Part shown: positions 50,228 to 60,470 of the stretch, piece by piece
Layout of the letters: each line of letters starts with the position of its first letter
Numbering within the stretch: position 1 is the first letter of the stretch
Assembly (NCBI GenBank): GCA_964430305.1
Contig: CAYSEX010000003.1
Span: forward strand, 3,837 to 67,836
Direction of reading: 5' to 3'
Length of the DNA: 64,000 nucleotides
Source of the DNA: an uncultured Chryseobacterium sp.
GTDB taxonomy: Bacteria; Bacteroidota; Bacteroidia; Flavobacteriales_D; Sanyastnellaceae
Translations under genes and position numbers: made by a program
Notes under the pieces: generated by a model
Told to the model about the DNA's origin: nothing
The model's input: the letters and a program-made list of their open reading frames with translations, nothing else
The model's database searches: none

Positions 50228-52208
50228 CAAGTGCGTTTCCAACCTTTACTACATAGACCCCAACGGCCAACGATTCAATATCAACACGGGTAGTTCTAGA
50301 GCATTGACTCATTTCATTCAAGACTAATCTTCCTTGCAGATCGAATATTTGTATGTTTTGAACACCTTTATTTGGTGTTGTAATGAAGACCTCGTGGTTC
50401 GCCGGATTCGGGTAGATTGAAATGGAAGTATTGACCATTTCATTTACGCCAATTGGCAGCCAGTTGAATGAAAGTCCTTGGGCAGGAATTGAACTAGAAC
50501 AAGCGTTTGTACCATACACTCTCCAGTAATACGTTTTACCTGTTTCAAAAGCGAAATTGAAAGGCAAGTAGATTTCATTAGTTACAGTATTGGAAGTGTA
50601 AAGCAAAGAAGTGAAAGTGGGATCATCTACTGTTAATTCGAAAACGTAACCCGAAGCACCTGCAATGGCTTGCCATGTGAATAGGTAATCGGTTCCTGTT
50701 TCTTGAACAGTAGGGGCTGTTGGATTCGCAATGGTTTGCACTGCAGAGATATTACTTCCCACTTCAACATGAAATGGAATTTCATACGATTCACCAAAAA
50801 TGGTTGTTAGTACCAAATGAGCGTTATACATACCTGGAGCTACATTGTTCATGTTACTCAATAAAAAAGAGTAGATACCGGTACCTGTTACTGTCCCACC
50901 AACAAAATTAGCTTCAATTGGAAGTCCGTTTATTGTTGCTGTTAATGGAAATTGCAGGTCCGCATTTATCTTCAACTCCAGTGTGTCTGAAGTGTTTTCA
51001 CAAAAACTATAGTTGGTTTGATTTAGGTATAACAACGTGGGTTTTGTAATGAAGAACCCATCATACATGCTTGTAGCTAAGTTTATTCCGCTGGGTAAAT
51101 AGCCATAATTGCTCCAAGTACCACTGAATTGAGGCATGTCATTTTGTGGATACAAATCAAAAAATCCAACTTCGTTCAGTATGCCTTGGCTAACGCGAAT
51201 GGCATCAAGCACGCGCACACCACTTCTGTAATTGCTTTCATATACAAATTGATCCAAGATGTACAAGTTATGATCAATACTTGGATTGGTGCTTTCATAA
51301 AATTGCATGTATGCAATGTTATCTAAGTCATTGAGGTCGAAAATGTGCGTACGTGTGGGAGTGCCGAGTTGTTGTTCATCTAATTCATCGTTTACCAAGA
51401 AATACCTTCCATTTTTCGAAAACCACCCTTGGTGTGTATATCCTGTTTCAGGGTAATCATAAGAATCGAGAAGAATACAATCAGTAGGATCAGATACATT
51501 TACAGTTACAACGCCATATCCAGAATTTCCATTACACGCAACTACTATAACATCTCCAATGTGGTTTGTATCGGGTCCATTGTAGGTTAGAATATATCCA
51601 TCATGAGTGTATCCAGCCTCACTGAAACCACCTAATAAAGTAGGCTGAAGCGGATTTGAAATGTCTACTAAATGCAATCCACCGCTAAAGGTGTTTGTTC
51701 CCATAGCCACAAGAATTTGGCTAACCGGATCAATATTCAAGGTGTGACAATTTCCAAACCCACCGTAATAAGCAGTTTCTGAGAATGTAGTTGGACTGGT
51801 TACGTTGTCAAGTTGAAGTAAATCGAGTACTTGTAAACCATGTCCACCCGCTTCAGATACAATGTAAGCGTAATGCCCCAACGTCTCAACATCTCTCCAA
51901 AGACTGTTTCCAGTATGGGGTGGAAGTGTACCTAGATACAGCGGTGTAGTTGGCGAGGTGACATCAAAAATGGCTAAACCATTTGAAACGCCAACCAAAG
52001 CATATTCTTTATTTGTAATTGGACTTACCCATCCCCAAATGTCATTGGTGTTATCCGTATTCGGGTTGGCGTTCATTTGAGACAAAGTCACATGAGCTAG
52101 AAGATCCATGTTTTCACATGGGTAGTTTCCAGCCATGCCATTGATACAAGGTTGTGCTGCTAAGCTGGCTGTTAGAGCAACAAAAAAGAATGAGAGTATT
52201 CGTTTCAT
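50208..52208 (-). CDS. LVIVD-repeat / choice-of-anchor-B-like beta-propeller protein with a T9SS C-terminal domain
   Basis: It has a signal peptide from the internal Met (MKRILSFFFVAL), NDIWGWVSPITNKEYALVG..GLAIFDV, GHYAYIVSE, and the tail ISIYPNPANHEVFITT... Confidence 0.7.
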   Translation of the reverse strand: MKRILSFFFVALTASLAAQPCINGMAGNYPCENMDLLAHVTLSQMNANPNTDNTNDIWGWVSPITNKEYALVGVSNGLAIFDVTSPTTPLYLGTLPPHTGNSLWRDVETLGHYAYIVSEAGGHGLQVLDLLQLDNVTSPTTFSETAYYGGFGNCHTLNIDPVSQILVAMGTNTFSGGLHLVDISNPLQPTLLGGFSEAGYTHDGYILTYNGPDTNHIGDVIVVACNGNSGYGVVTVNVSDPTDCILLDSYDYPETGYTHQGWFSKNGRYFLVNDELDEQQLGTPTRTHIFDLNDLDNIAYMQFYESTNPSIDHNLYILDQFVYESNYRSGVRVLDAIRVSQGILNEVGFFDLYPQNDMPQFSGTWSNYGYLPSGINLATSMYDGFFITKPTLLYLNQTNYSFCENTSDTLELKINADLQFPLTATINGLPIEANFVGGTVTGTGIYSFLLSNMNNVAPGMYNAHLVLTTIFGESYEIPFHVEVGSNISAVQTIANPTAPTVQETGTDYLFTWQAIAGASGYVFELTVDDPTFTSLLYTSNTVTNEIYLPFNFAFETGKTYYWRVYGTNACSSSIPAQGLSFNWLPIGVNEMVNTSISIYPNPANHEVFITTPNKGVQNIQIFDLQGRLVLNEMSQCSRTTRVDIESLAVGVYVVKVGNALAKLSVN

Positions 52209-52212
52209 AGGA

Positions 52213-53742
52213 TTAGCTTCTAGCATGTTTCACACTGAAATAAGTCACGTAGAAGTATCCAATGGTAAGCATGATGTGAAAAGGCATAAGACCGAAATCG
52301 GTTAGAGTAACATGGCTTTCAGAGGCAGAAAGCAGGAATGGCCAAACCAAACCTCCGGCGAAATAGAGAAGGAAAATAAACTCTAGAACTGTTAACGGAG
52401 ATATTTTAATTGCACGGTATTTCTTATCGGTCCATGTGCCTTGCTTTCCGGTGCTGATTGCAAATTTTGGGGTGCGTACGAATGCAGATTTTTTACCTGT
52501 TAAACCTTCAATAACTGCAACGGCGTTGTGAAGCGAAAGCCCCATACTTACAGCAAGGAATAGAGGGAAGTCAATAACGAATCTGCCAAGTTTTTGAAAG
52601 AAAGGTTGTGGCGGTCGAGATACCCAATAGAAGAATCCAAGTATAAAAAAGCTCACAAGGAAGAATGAGGCTACGTAAAATGCCCAAGATAAATCCATGT
52701 ATCCATGTTTTCCATCGAAATAGTGTTTGATGAATAACATAGGTATACTTAATAGCGAAGTTCCGAGAATGCTTAAAAATACCAAGCTGTTCATAAGGTG
52801 AAAACTCGCATGCACTTTATGAGCGAAGCCAAGATTTTTGGCTTTGAAAACTTTTCCTAAGTTTTTTCGCGTACATTCTGCTGCACCTTTGGTCCATCTG
52901 AATTGTTGTGCCTTGAGTGCATTCATTTCAGCGGGTAATTCGGAAGGAGATCCAATGGCAGGAAGATAAACGAAATTCCAACCTTTTAATTGAGCACGAT
53001 AACTCAAATCTAAATCTTCGGTAATTGTATCGCTTTCCCAACCACCTGCATCTGCAATGGCTTCTTTTCTCCAAACACCAGCTGTTCCGTTAAAATTAAT
53101 GAAGTGATCACTGAAGTTTCTTCCAATTTGCTCTACAGTAAAGTGAGCATCCAAACCAAATGCTTGAAGTCTTGTTAGAACGGAGTAATCTTCATTTAAA
53201 TGTTCCCAGCGTGTTTGAACCACGGCAATTTTATCTCCGCTGTAGAAGAATGGAATAGTTTGTCTTAAAAAGTCTGCTCTTGGAACAAAGTCAGCATCAA
53301 AGATTGCGGTAAATTCCCCTTTGCAAATGGTGAGTCCGTATGCAAGCGCGCCGGCTTTAAATCCTTTGCGATCCTCTCTGCGAATATGTTGAATATCAAT
53401 ACCGAGCTTTTGTTTTTCTGCAATAAGTCTTGCGGCTATTTCAACCGATTCATCATTCCCATCGTCGAGAACCTGAATCTCAAGTTTCTCCTTTGGATAA
53501 TCGAACTCGCAGCAGGCGTGTATTAATCGTTCAATTACATATAACTCATTGTATACAGGCAGTTGAATGGTTACAATGGGTAGCTCATCATCTGAAAGTT
53601 CCGGTTTAATTTGTTTCTTATTGTGTTTACGAACAAATTGTACGGCTAGGTTAAGCTGAACAATTGAATAAACGAATATGAACAATAGAAAAAAGCCATA
53701 AAGAGCAATAGCTGTGATTGCTAAAATTTCAATAATATCCAA
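52213..53742 (-). CDS. Processive family-2 glycosyltransferase (cellulose-synthase/CslA-like)
   Basis: It has VLDDGNDES, FDADF, VQTRWEH, ITEDLDLS and QQFRWTKG (QxxRW), with multiple C-terminal TM helices. Confidence 0.85.
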   Translation of the reverse strand: MDIIEILAITAIALYGFFLLFIFVYSIVQLNLAVQFVRKHNKKQIKPELSDDELPIVTIQLPVYNELYVIERLIHACCEFDYPKEKLEIQVLDDGNDESVEIAARLIAEKQKLGIDIQHIRREDRKGFKAGALAYGLTICKGEFTAIFDADFVPRADFLRQTIPFFYSGDKIAVVQTRWEHLNEDYSVLTRLQAFGLDAHFTVEQIGRNFSDHFINFNGTAGVWRKEAIADAGGWESDTITEDLDLSYRAQLKGWNFVYLPAIGSPSELPAEMNALKAQQFRWTKGAAECTRKNLGKVFKAKNLGFAHKVHASFHLMNSLVFLSILGTSLLSIPMLFIKHYFDGKHGYMDLSWAFYVASFFLVSFFILGFFYWVSRPPQPFFQKLGRFVIDFPLFLAVSMGLSLHNAVAVIEGLTGKKSAFVRTPKFAISTGKQGTWTDKKYRAIKISPLTVLEFIFLLYFAGGLVWPFLLSASESHVTLTDFGLMPFHIMLTIGYFYVTYFSVKHARS

Positions 53743-53770
53743 GGTTTCTTGATTTAGGTTTCCTGCAAAA

Positions 53771-54517
53771 TTAATCTATTTCAAACTCCAATTGCATAGT
53801 TATCGATGCAGTTTTTCTTCTTGAGCCGGTATTGAATGTGCCACCCCAAGAATAATCTTCATTTGAATTCTGTCCAACAATTTGAAAAATACCCATTTCG
53901 GCGTTTTTTAAATTCCCGAGTTCACTGCCAGATGCTTCTGCTATTTTTTCGGCGCGCATGCGTGCATCTTCTGTAGCTTCTTTTACCATTTGTTGTTTTA
54001 GTTCAGCCAGTTTGGTGTAATAGAATTCGGGGGCTTCGCTGTAAAATTCTACACCTGTATTGATTAATTCACTGACTTCACGAGAGATTTGTTCTATTCG
54101 ATTTACATCTTGACTTTCAATGGTCACGCTTTGAGAAAGAATATAACCAATAAAAACAGAGCTTACCACATCGCCATTTCCATTGCGCACATCATCAAAT
54201 TGCTTTTGTATATCTACCGCGGAAAAGACAATTTCAGATTCGTTAACACCTTTTGAAACCAGATAGTTTTTGATGTTATTTTTATCTGTATCTAATGCAG
54301 CAGATGCTGCTGGTAAATCAAAATTCATTTTAGAGAAGCTTCCTCTCCAAACAATCAAATCTGAATCAAAGTCTTTTGTACCCATTCCAGTCACATGTAT
54401 GGCATTTTCTGTATTGTTGCGTTGTTTGTATCCATTCATGAAAACATAACAAGCCACAATAATGCTCACACCCAAAATGGTTGTGGAAACAATTTTAGTT
54501 AATCGATCTATTTGCAT
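53771..54517 (-). CDS. SIMPL-domain (DUF541) periplasmic protein
   Basis: It has an N-terminal anchor and overall SIMPL-like pattern and length (248 aa). The call rests on family resemblance only. Confidence 0.55.
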   Translation of the reverse strand: MQIDRLTKIVSTTILGVSIIVACYVFMNGYKQRNNTENAIHVTGMGTKDFDSDLIVWRGSFSKMNFDLPAASAALDTDKNNIKNYLVSKGVNESEIVFSAVDIQKQFDDVRNGNGDVVSSVFIGYILSQSVTIESQDVNRIEQISREVSELINTGVEFYSEAPEFYYTKLAELKQQMVKEATEDARMRAEKIAEASGSELGNLKNAEMGIFQIVGQNSNEDYSWGGTFNTGSRRKTASITMQLEFEID

Positions 54518-54541
54518 AGAACGAAGGTAAGGTAAACTCAG

Positions 54542-54568
54542 AAAAAAAGGGCCGAAGCCCTTTTTTTT
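54542..54568 (-). terminator. Rho-independent terminator closing the PUL operon
   Basis: The sequence aaaaaaaGGGCcgaaGCCCtttttttt lies immediately after the stop codon at 54567. Confidence 0.7.
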
Positions 54569-55397
54569 AATCGCAGTTCAAAGGAACATAATAAATATAG
54601 GGTGGAGGATTTGGAGTATACCCTGGCTTCACAATGTAATATGCCAATTTAGTAATGGTAGATCCTGCCGGAACAGGGATGAATTCTTCAGGTATAAATG
54701 TGATTCTGAATTTTCCACCTCCAATGTCTTTCATTTTAAGCGATGGAGTAGAAGTAACATTTGCAGCAATTGCCACATCGAAATAGGTAAAGCTGCCAGT
54801 GAATGCACGAAGGAAAATGTAACATTCGTCGGTACCGAGATTTTGAAGATTGGCATCTGTTTCTTGAAGGTTGTCATAGGTAATACTCAAGAAATCATCT
54901 TGCTTAGCAGCCTCTGGAAACAGACAAATTCTGTCAGCACATAATGCGGGAACAATATCAATATGTAAATCTTCTGTTTTCGCCTCTCCAACACCATCAT
55001 CAGCATATGCATAACCGCTTTTCAATTTTGCCAAGCATGAAATTCCTGTTTGATATAAATTCAAAGGAGTAATTCCTGAATAAAATTGAGTTGGTACAAC
55101 TGTCATTTTATACAAGAGTCCTTGAACTTGAGTTAACAACATACAATCATTCGAATTTCCCCACTCGCCATTGCCGCATGCTGGACCTGCGGGTTGCCAT
55201 GTCCACATATAGACAGAATCTTGCGCATCTGGATGGTTATTCAAGATGGCTTTTAATCCGCCTGTGGTTTGTGCAACATCAATGTAAATATCAACTGTGC
55301 CATTGGCATTTGTTGGCGATGGAAAAACGAAAGCAGCCTGTCCGAAAGAATTCAGAGCGGCAATACTCAATGCTATGAGTGCAAATATATTTTTCAT
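54567..55397 (-). CDS. PUL-encoded secreted protein (in a SusE/F-like position) sharing a module with the N-terminus of the amylase
   Basis: The signal peptide MKNIFALIALSIAALNSFGQ begins at the internal Met. The segment FPSPT..VDIYIDV...GEWG...MTVVPTQFYSG parallels the amylase segment FPTQT..ITIIYDA...GNWG...IVITPQTFYGL. Confidence 0.55.
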   Translation of the reverse strand: MKNIFALIALSIAALNSFGQAAFVFPSPTNANGTVDIYIDVAQTTGGLKAILNNHPDAQDSVYMWTWQPAGPACGNGEWGNSNDCMLLTQVQGLLYKMTVVPTQFYSGITPLNLYQTGISCLAKLKSGYAYADDGVGEAKTEDLHIDIVPALCADRICLFPEAAKQDDFLSITYDNLQETDANLQNLGTDECYIFLRAFTGSFTYFDVAIAANVTSTPSLKMKDIGGGKFRITFIPEEFIPVPAGSTITKLAYYIVKPGYTPNPPPYIYYVPLNCD

Positions 55398-55401
55398 AGA
55401 A

Positions 55402-55899
55402 CTAGATTCGTTTGAAGTTAAACTTGTAAATGACATTTTTAAATTGGTCAGAAGAGCAAACACGATGCATTTCGAAACTCATGTTTTCACTTTGAGGCAA
55501 TACCATACTTCCTAAAAAGAGTTCAATGGTATCGTTGGCATTCATTAAAGTAATAGATGAAGGGGCCACGTAGTCATCCAAAGACCAGGTTCCAGCATTT
55601 CCGAAGAAGTTTCTACCCACGGTATTGGTTACTTGGTAAGTCAATGAATCTACATTGAGTTGAATTTGCATAGGAGTAATTCCTTCAACAACATAGAACT
55701 CACTCAAATCGCGCTGCTCGAGTACGGGATTATTTGGATCTTGTTGTATGAAAGTAGTGAGTTCCCATGTTCCACCCATGCCTTTCACTTTATCAGTGGT
55801 TTCGCCTAATTCGGCACAGGTCTCTGGTTTGCATGAGAAGAAAATTGAACTTGCTAATGCAGCAATGAAAAAATATTTTGTGTATTTCATAACGTTCAT
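55402..55899 (-). CDS. PUL-encoded small lipoprotein (165 aa)
   Basis: It has a lipobox (IFFSC) and sits directly after the SusD-like gene. Confidence 0.55.
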   Translation of the reverse strand: MNVMKYTKYFFIAALASSIFFSCKPETCAELGETTDKVKGMGGTWELTTFIQQDPNNPVLEQRDLSEFYVVEGITPMQIQLNVDSLTYQVTNTVGRNFFGNAGTWSLDDYVAPSSITLMNANDTIELFLGSMVLPQSENMSFEMHRVCSSDQFKNVIYKFNFKRI

Positions 55900-55906
55900 G
55901 TATTAA

Positions 55907-57298
55907 TTATTGACAACCTCCTTCCGGATTTCCTACAAATAGGGCAGAAGTAAATTCACTATTTGGGAATTGAAGAGCCATTCCGTCACAATTCCAAGGT
56001 GCTCCTCTTACAATGATATTCTCACCTTTGGCGCCTCGTCTTTTGAGTTGGTCTACCCATTTTCCTTCTCCCATGGTTTCAATTCTATACTCTCTGCGCG
56101 CTGCATCAATGATTTGAGCCGCTGTTGAACTGGCATCTAAGTCGTTTAAACCAATTCCAAATGCTCTATCGCGAATTGAATTGATGTCGTCAATAGCAGT
56201 TCCAAGATCTTGACCTAATTCGGCAAGTGCTTCAGCACGAATAAGACGTAACTCAGAAGTATAGATAATTGGAATATTGAAAAATATTTTGTCTTTAAAT
56301 CTTAAGTTCCTGTATTTACCTCCATCTGCTTGCATCCAACCCAAGCGATCATCAGCACTATTCAGATTCACGAAGTTGTAGAAATCATTGTTGAACATTA
56401 AGTTCGGAGGAAGTGCTCCGCCAGAATTGTAGTTTCCAACAAAATTATCTGTACGTTGATCAATATGTGCTGCTCCAGGGTTTGAACTTACAATACCAAA
56501 AATAATTTCTGGGTTAACACCTGGGTTATCAGGGAATCGATCGAGTGTGTCAGACATTGGATAATTATCTACCACCTGATTGATGTAATTCACGGCATTT
56601 TGAAAATCATTCATTTGGAAATAAACCATTCCCATTAGCGCAGTAGCAGCATCTTTGTTCGCATAGTTCCCATTGCTTGTGGGCAAATTTTCAATTGCAA
56701 AAGCAAGATCTGATAGAATGAAAGCGTATACTTCTGCGACCGTGTTTCTAGGTAAAGGTTCATTGCTAGCTTCGCTGCGAATGATGATACCCAAGTGATT
56801 ATTGGTAGGTGTAGCGCCATATGGCTGTGCGTACAATTTTACCACACCCCAATGACAGAAAGCACGGATGAATTTGGCCTCAGCCTCCATTCGAGTTCTT
56901 TCTTCTGCTGTTAATCCTTCTATTAAATCGAAATTTTTCAGCAATGAATTGCAACGATAAACGGCGTAATAAAAATCACCGTAAACACCATTGGTAGTAG
57001 GGGTGAAGAAATTGGTTTCGCGATTGTAGATCGCATTGAAATCAAGACCATTGGGTTCGGCTAGATTATCACCCATGAGTTCGTTGATGTTTTGTACTTT
57101 CCCGTCGTACAAATTCGCTAACACGTCATAGCAGCTTACCAATAATTTTTGTGCATCTGCAGGCGTTTTCAGAGCATCTTCGGCTAGAATAGCACCCGAA
57201 GGCGGGTATTCTAAAAACTTTTCACAAGATACAAAAGCTCCTATGATTGTAAGAGATGTAAGTGAGGTAATTAATATCTTTTTCATTTCAGATTTCAT
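55907..57298 (-). CDS. SusD/RagB-family nutrient-binding outer-membrane lipoprotein
   Basis: It has a lipobox (GAFVSC) and a TPR-like helical pattern (ALMGMVYFQMNDFQNAVNY; LIRAEALAELG). Its start overlaps the SusC-like stop codon by 1 nt. Confidence 0.9.
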   Translation of the reverse strand: MKSEMKKILITSLTSLTIIGAFVSCEKFLEYPPSGAILAEDALKTPADAQKLLVSCYDVLANLYDGKVQNINELMGDNLAEPNGLDFNAIYNRETNFFTPTTNGVYGDFYYAVYRCNSLLKNFDLIEGLTAEERTRMEAEAKFIRAFCHWGVVKLYAQPYGATPTNNHLGIIIRSEASNEPLPRNTVAEVYAFILSDLAFAIENLPTSNGNYANKDAATALMGMVYFQMNDFQNAVNYINQVVDNYPMSDTLDRFPDNPGVNPEIIFGIVSSNPGAAHIDQRTDNFVGNYNSGGALPPNLMFNNDFYNFVNLNSADDRLGWMQADGGKYRNLRFKDKIFFNIPIIYTSELRLIRAEALAELGQDLGTAIDDINSIRDRAFGIGLNDLDASSTAAQIIDAARREYRIETMGEGKWVDQLKRRGAKGENIIVRGAPWNCDGMALQFPNSEFTSALFVGNPEGGCQ

Positions 57299-60200
57299 TA
57301 GAAGTTAGCATTTAAACGAATGTTGAAGCTACGCTCTTGCATTGGAGTAAGGTAAGTCACATTTGGACTTAAGTTTCTATCCTGTGCATTTTCAAAATCG
57401 CGAACAACTTCTGGATCTAAACCTGGGAAGTTGGTAATTGTAAATACATTGGTAGCACTAACACCCACAGTGACGTTGGTCATCTTCATAGACTTGGTCC
57501 AACTTGCAGGAAGTGTATAGTCCAATGACAAATTTCTCAAACGTAGATAATCTGCTTTGTAAATGAACATGGAGGTATTCCACCATGGGAACCCATCTGG
57601 CAAACCGTATGAGGTTTCATCTAATGTCAATCGGCCAAAGCTTGTTTCATCACCAAACTCTCTCCAACGATCCAAGATTTCTTCTCTCATGTTCCAACTG
57701 GTTACAACACCAAGCTGACGTTTTGCACTTGAATCGAAAATTTTCGCACCTAAACTGTAAGTAAACAAAGCACTCAAGTTGAAGTTTTTCCATGTGAATG
57801 ATTGAGTTAAACCTCCTATGCATTTTGGTAATCCTGATCCTACATAATTACGAATGCTGTTGTCATAATCATCTGTAAGATTGCCCTGAGGCGTTAGATA
57901 CATGGGTTGACCATTGGTTGGATCAATGTGACTGAATTGAACCATGTAGAATGAACCTATAGGTCTGCCTACAATTACACGAGAGTCATTGGTGCCTCCT
58001 GAAACGGCGTCGGGAGTATAATTTCCAATGCTAACCAATTCATTGTAATTGTATGAAATGTTGAAGTTGGTTTTCATGCCGAACTCTTTTCCTTTGAACC
58101 AATTGATGATGGTAGTGAGCTCAATACCCATGTTCTTAACTTCGGCAACGTTGTCCCAGAAATTTGTGAATCCGGTAGACGCAGGTAAACTTACGTTCAT
58201 CAAAACATCTTTACTGTATTTGCGGTATCCTTCAAGAATGACAGTGAATCTGTCTTCCATGAAACCTGTTTCAAGTGCTACACTGAAGTTAGAAGTAGTC
58301 TCCCATTTCAAATTGGGGTTACCGGCTTGTTGTGGGAAAATAATGGAATCTTGGTTGTAGAAAATACCGTTATTCACAGCTGAATATAACGCATACTGTG
58401 CATTGGCTGGAATATCTGAGTTTCCTGTTAAGCCCCAAGAAGCACGAAGCTTCATGAAATTGATTTTTTTACTGTCTTTTAGGAAATTTTCTTCTGAGAT
58501 AATCCATCCAGCAGAGGCAGAAGGGAAGTTACCGAATTTGTTATTCACTCCGAATCGAGAGCTACCGTCTCTACGGAAGGTGCCTTCAACAAAGTACTTT
58601 CCTTTGTAGTCCCATTTCATTTTAGTAAAGAATCCCATGAAACTAAATTCAGTTGGGTTGTATACGTTGCGTACTACCTGTGTTTCTGGTACATCTGAGA
58701 TGTCTGATAACTCGGTGTAAGCGTCTGTTAAATTTGGGATATAGTTATTGCTGAATTCAGTTTTCGATGTTTGATATTCGAATCCTACTAATGCCGAGAA
58801 ATTCATGTCAGTTGCAATTTCTTTTCCCCATTCTCCGGTAATGTTGGTGCTTTTGTTTCGAACAATTCGTTCATCACGACTATAACTTCCTTGACCGTTC
58901 GATAAGTCAAAGGTGGCAGGAGTTAGTCTGTTTTCGCCAATTTGCATCCAATCGTATCCACCGGTTGCAACGAAAATAACATTCTTTACAGGCATATAAA
59001 TTAAACGAGCAGTGTTGATCATTCGATCTTCAACGGTTGTCCAACGCAACTGTTCGCGGTATGCCACCGGATTTTTTACGTTTCCAAATTCATCTCTCCA
59101 ATAATAGAAGGCACCCGTTGAATCTTGCACAGGGTAGAAGGGAAGGGCGTTCGACATGGCATCACCCAATCCGCCACTCCAGGCCGCATCAACACGTTTG
59201 TTTAGCCCGCGTGTGCCAGATAATGAAAGATTCAAACGAAGTTTATCTCCAAGTTTAAACTCTGGATTAACACGCGCAGCAATTCTCTTGTAGCTATTTC
59301 CAAGTAGGAAACTCTCGTTGTTATCATAGGCCATTGAAAAATAAACACTGGCATTTTTAGCTCCGTATCTTCCACCGAAATTAACTCCGTATTTACTTCC
59401 TCTTCCAATGGTTTGAGACACCCAATCGGTATCTGTTTTCATTGCATTCATGTATGCCGCTTTTCGTGTTGCAGCATCATCTGTTGACGATGTAAAATTA
59501 GGAAGCCAAACATATCCGGTTCCTCCATCATTTTCCCATGCTTCTTGACGAATACGCAAATATTCTTCGGTGTTAAGCATGTTTGGTCTTGAGGCAGGGG
59601 TAGAAATTCCACTGTTAACGCCGTACTCAAACTTCCATCCTTTTTCCTTCGCTCTTTTGGTAGTTATGATAATTACACCGTTGGCTGCTCGTGAACCATA
59701 TTCACCTGCTGCAGCTGCGTCTTTTCTTACTTCAACCTTTTCAATATCACTCGGATTAATAGTGGCCAATGGATTGTTATTCATGGCACCGCTGTTTCCA
59801 CGAAGGAAATAATCTTGCGTCATTGGAATACCATCAATGATATATAAAGGGTCACCACCAGCCGATATGGAACCAATACCTCGAATTCTCACCAAAGACC
59901 CGGAACCTGCAATTCCTGATCCTTGTGAGATTTGAAGACCTGCTGCTTGACCTTGTAAAGCTGCTTCAAAACTCGGAGTACGAATGGCTGTGATGTCCTT
60001 ACCGGAAATTTTGGCAACAGATCCAGTGCCTGGTCTGTTTCGCTCTACGCCATAACCAACAATTTCAATGTTGTCTAAGGTCATGGAGGTTGTGGTTAGT
60101 TGGAAATTCAAATTAACCGTTTCCTTGTCTTTTACCGTGACACTTTGTTTTACCGTTTCGAAATTGAGAGTTTTCACTTCAATGGTAAAGTTTCCTGCGC

Positions 60201-60393
60201 CGGTATTCAACGTATACATTCCCGATCCGTCGGAAGCCGTTCCAATGGCAGTTCCAGGAATCATTAAGATTGCACCAGGTACCGGTTTATTGTCTTGGTC
60301 TAGAACTTTCCCAGTTACTTTTTGGGCATAACTGGTACTTAGACCAACCACAATACCGAACAGTACTAGTCCAAATTTATACAAGTGGTTCAT
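57298..60393 (-). CDS. SusC/RagA-family TonB-linked outer-membrane transporter
   Basis: It has a CarboxypepD_reg-like N-terminus (VTGKVLDQDNKPVPGAILMIPGT), a plug domain (IEKVEVRKDAAAAGEYGSRAANGVIIITTKR), is 1031 aa, and ends in F. Confidence 0.95.
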   Translation of the reverse strand: MNHLYKFGLVLFGIVVGLSTSYAQKVTGKVLDQDNKPVPGAILMIPGTAIGTASDGSGMYTLNTGAGNFTIEVKTLNFETVKQSVTVKDKETVNLNFQLTTTSMTLDNIEIVGYGVERNRPGTGSVAKISGKDITAIRTPSFEAALQGQAAGLQISQGSGIAGSGSLVRIRGIGSISAGGDPLYIIDGIPMTQDYFLRGNSGAMNNNPLATINPSDIEKVEVRKDAAAAGEYGSRAANGVIIITTKRAKEKGWKFEYGVNSGISTPASRPNMLNTEEYLRIRQEAWENDGGTGYVWLPNFTSSTDDAATRKAAYMNAMKTDTDWVSQTIGRGSKYGVNFGGRYGAKNASVYFSMAYDNNESFLLGNSYKRIAARVNPEFKLGDKLRLNLSLSGTRGLNKRVDAAWSGGLGDAMSNALPFYPVQDSTGAFYYWRDEFGNVKNPVAYREQLRWTTVEDRMINTARLIYMPVKNVIFVATGGYDWMQIGENRLTPATFDLSNGQGSYSRDERIVRNKSTNITGEWGKEIATDMNFSALVGFEYQTSKTEFSNNYIPNLTDAYTELSDISDVPETQVVRNVYNPTEFSFMGFFTKMKWDYKGKYFVEGTFRRDGSSRFGVNNKFGNFPSASAGWIISEENFLKDSKKINFMKLRASWGLTGNSDIPANAQYALYSAVNNGIFYNQDSIIFPQQAGNPNLKWETTSNFSVALETGFMEDRFTVILEGYRKYSKDVLMNVSLPASTGFTNFWDNVAEVKNMGIELTTIINWFKGKEFGMKTNFNISYNYNELVSIGNYTPDAVSGGTNDSRVIVGRPIGSFYMVQFSHIDPTNGQPMYLTPQGNLTDDYDNSIRNYVGSGLPKCIGGLTQSFTWKNFNLSALFTYSLGAKIFDSSAKRQLGVVTSWNMREEILDRWREFGDETSFGRLTLDETSYGLPDGFPWWNTSMFIYKADYLRLRNLSLDYTLPASWTKSMKMTNVTVGVSATNVFTITNFPGLDPEVVRDFENAQDRNLSPNVTYLTPMQERSFNIRLNANF

Positions 60394-60441
60394 ATTGATT
60401 GTTTAGGTTAAGTTCGAATGCGAATATATCAATTTTACAGT

Positions 60442-60460
60442 GTGTACAATATACACTTTC
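60442..60460. promoter_or_regulatory. Operator-like site A: GTGTACAATATACACTTTC
   Basis: It lies in the 77-bp gap between the amylase stop and the susC-like start. On the minus strand, after 4 nt, it is followed by a -7-like TAAAATTG. Confidence 0.6.
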
Positions 60461-60470
60461 TCAACAGGTG

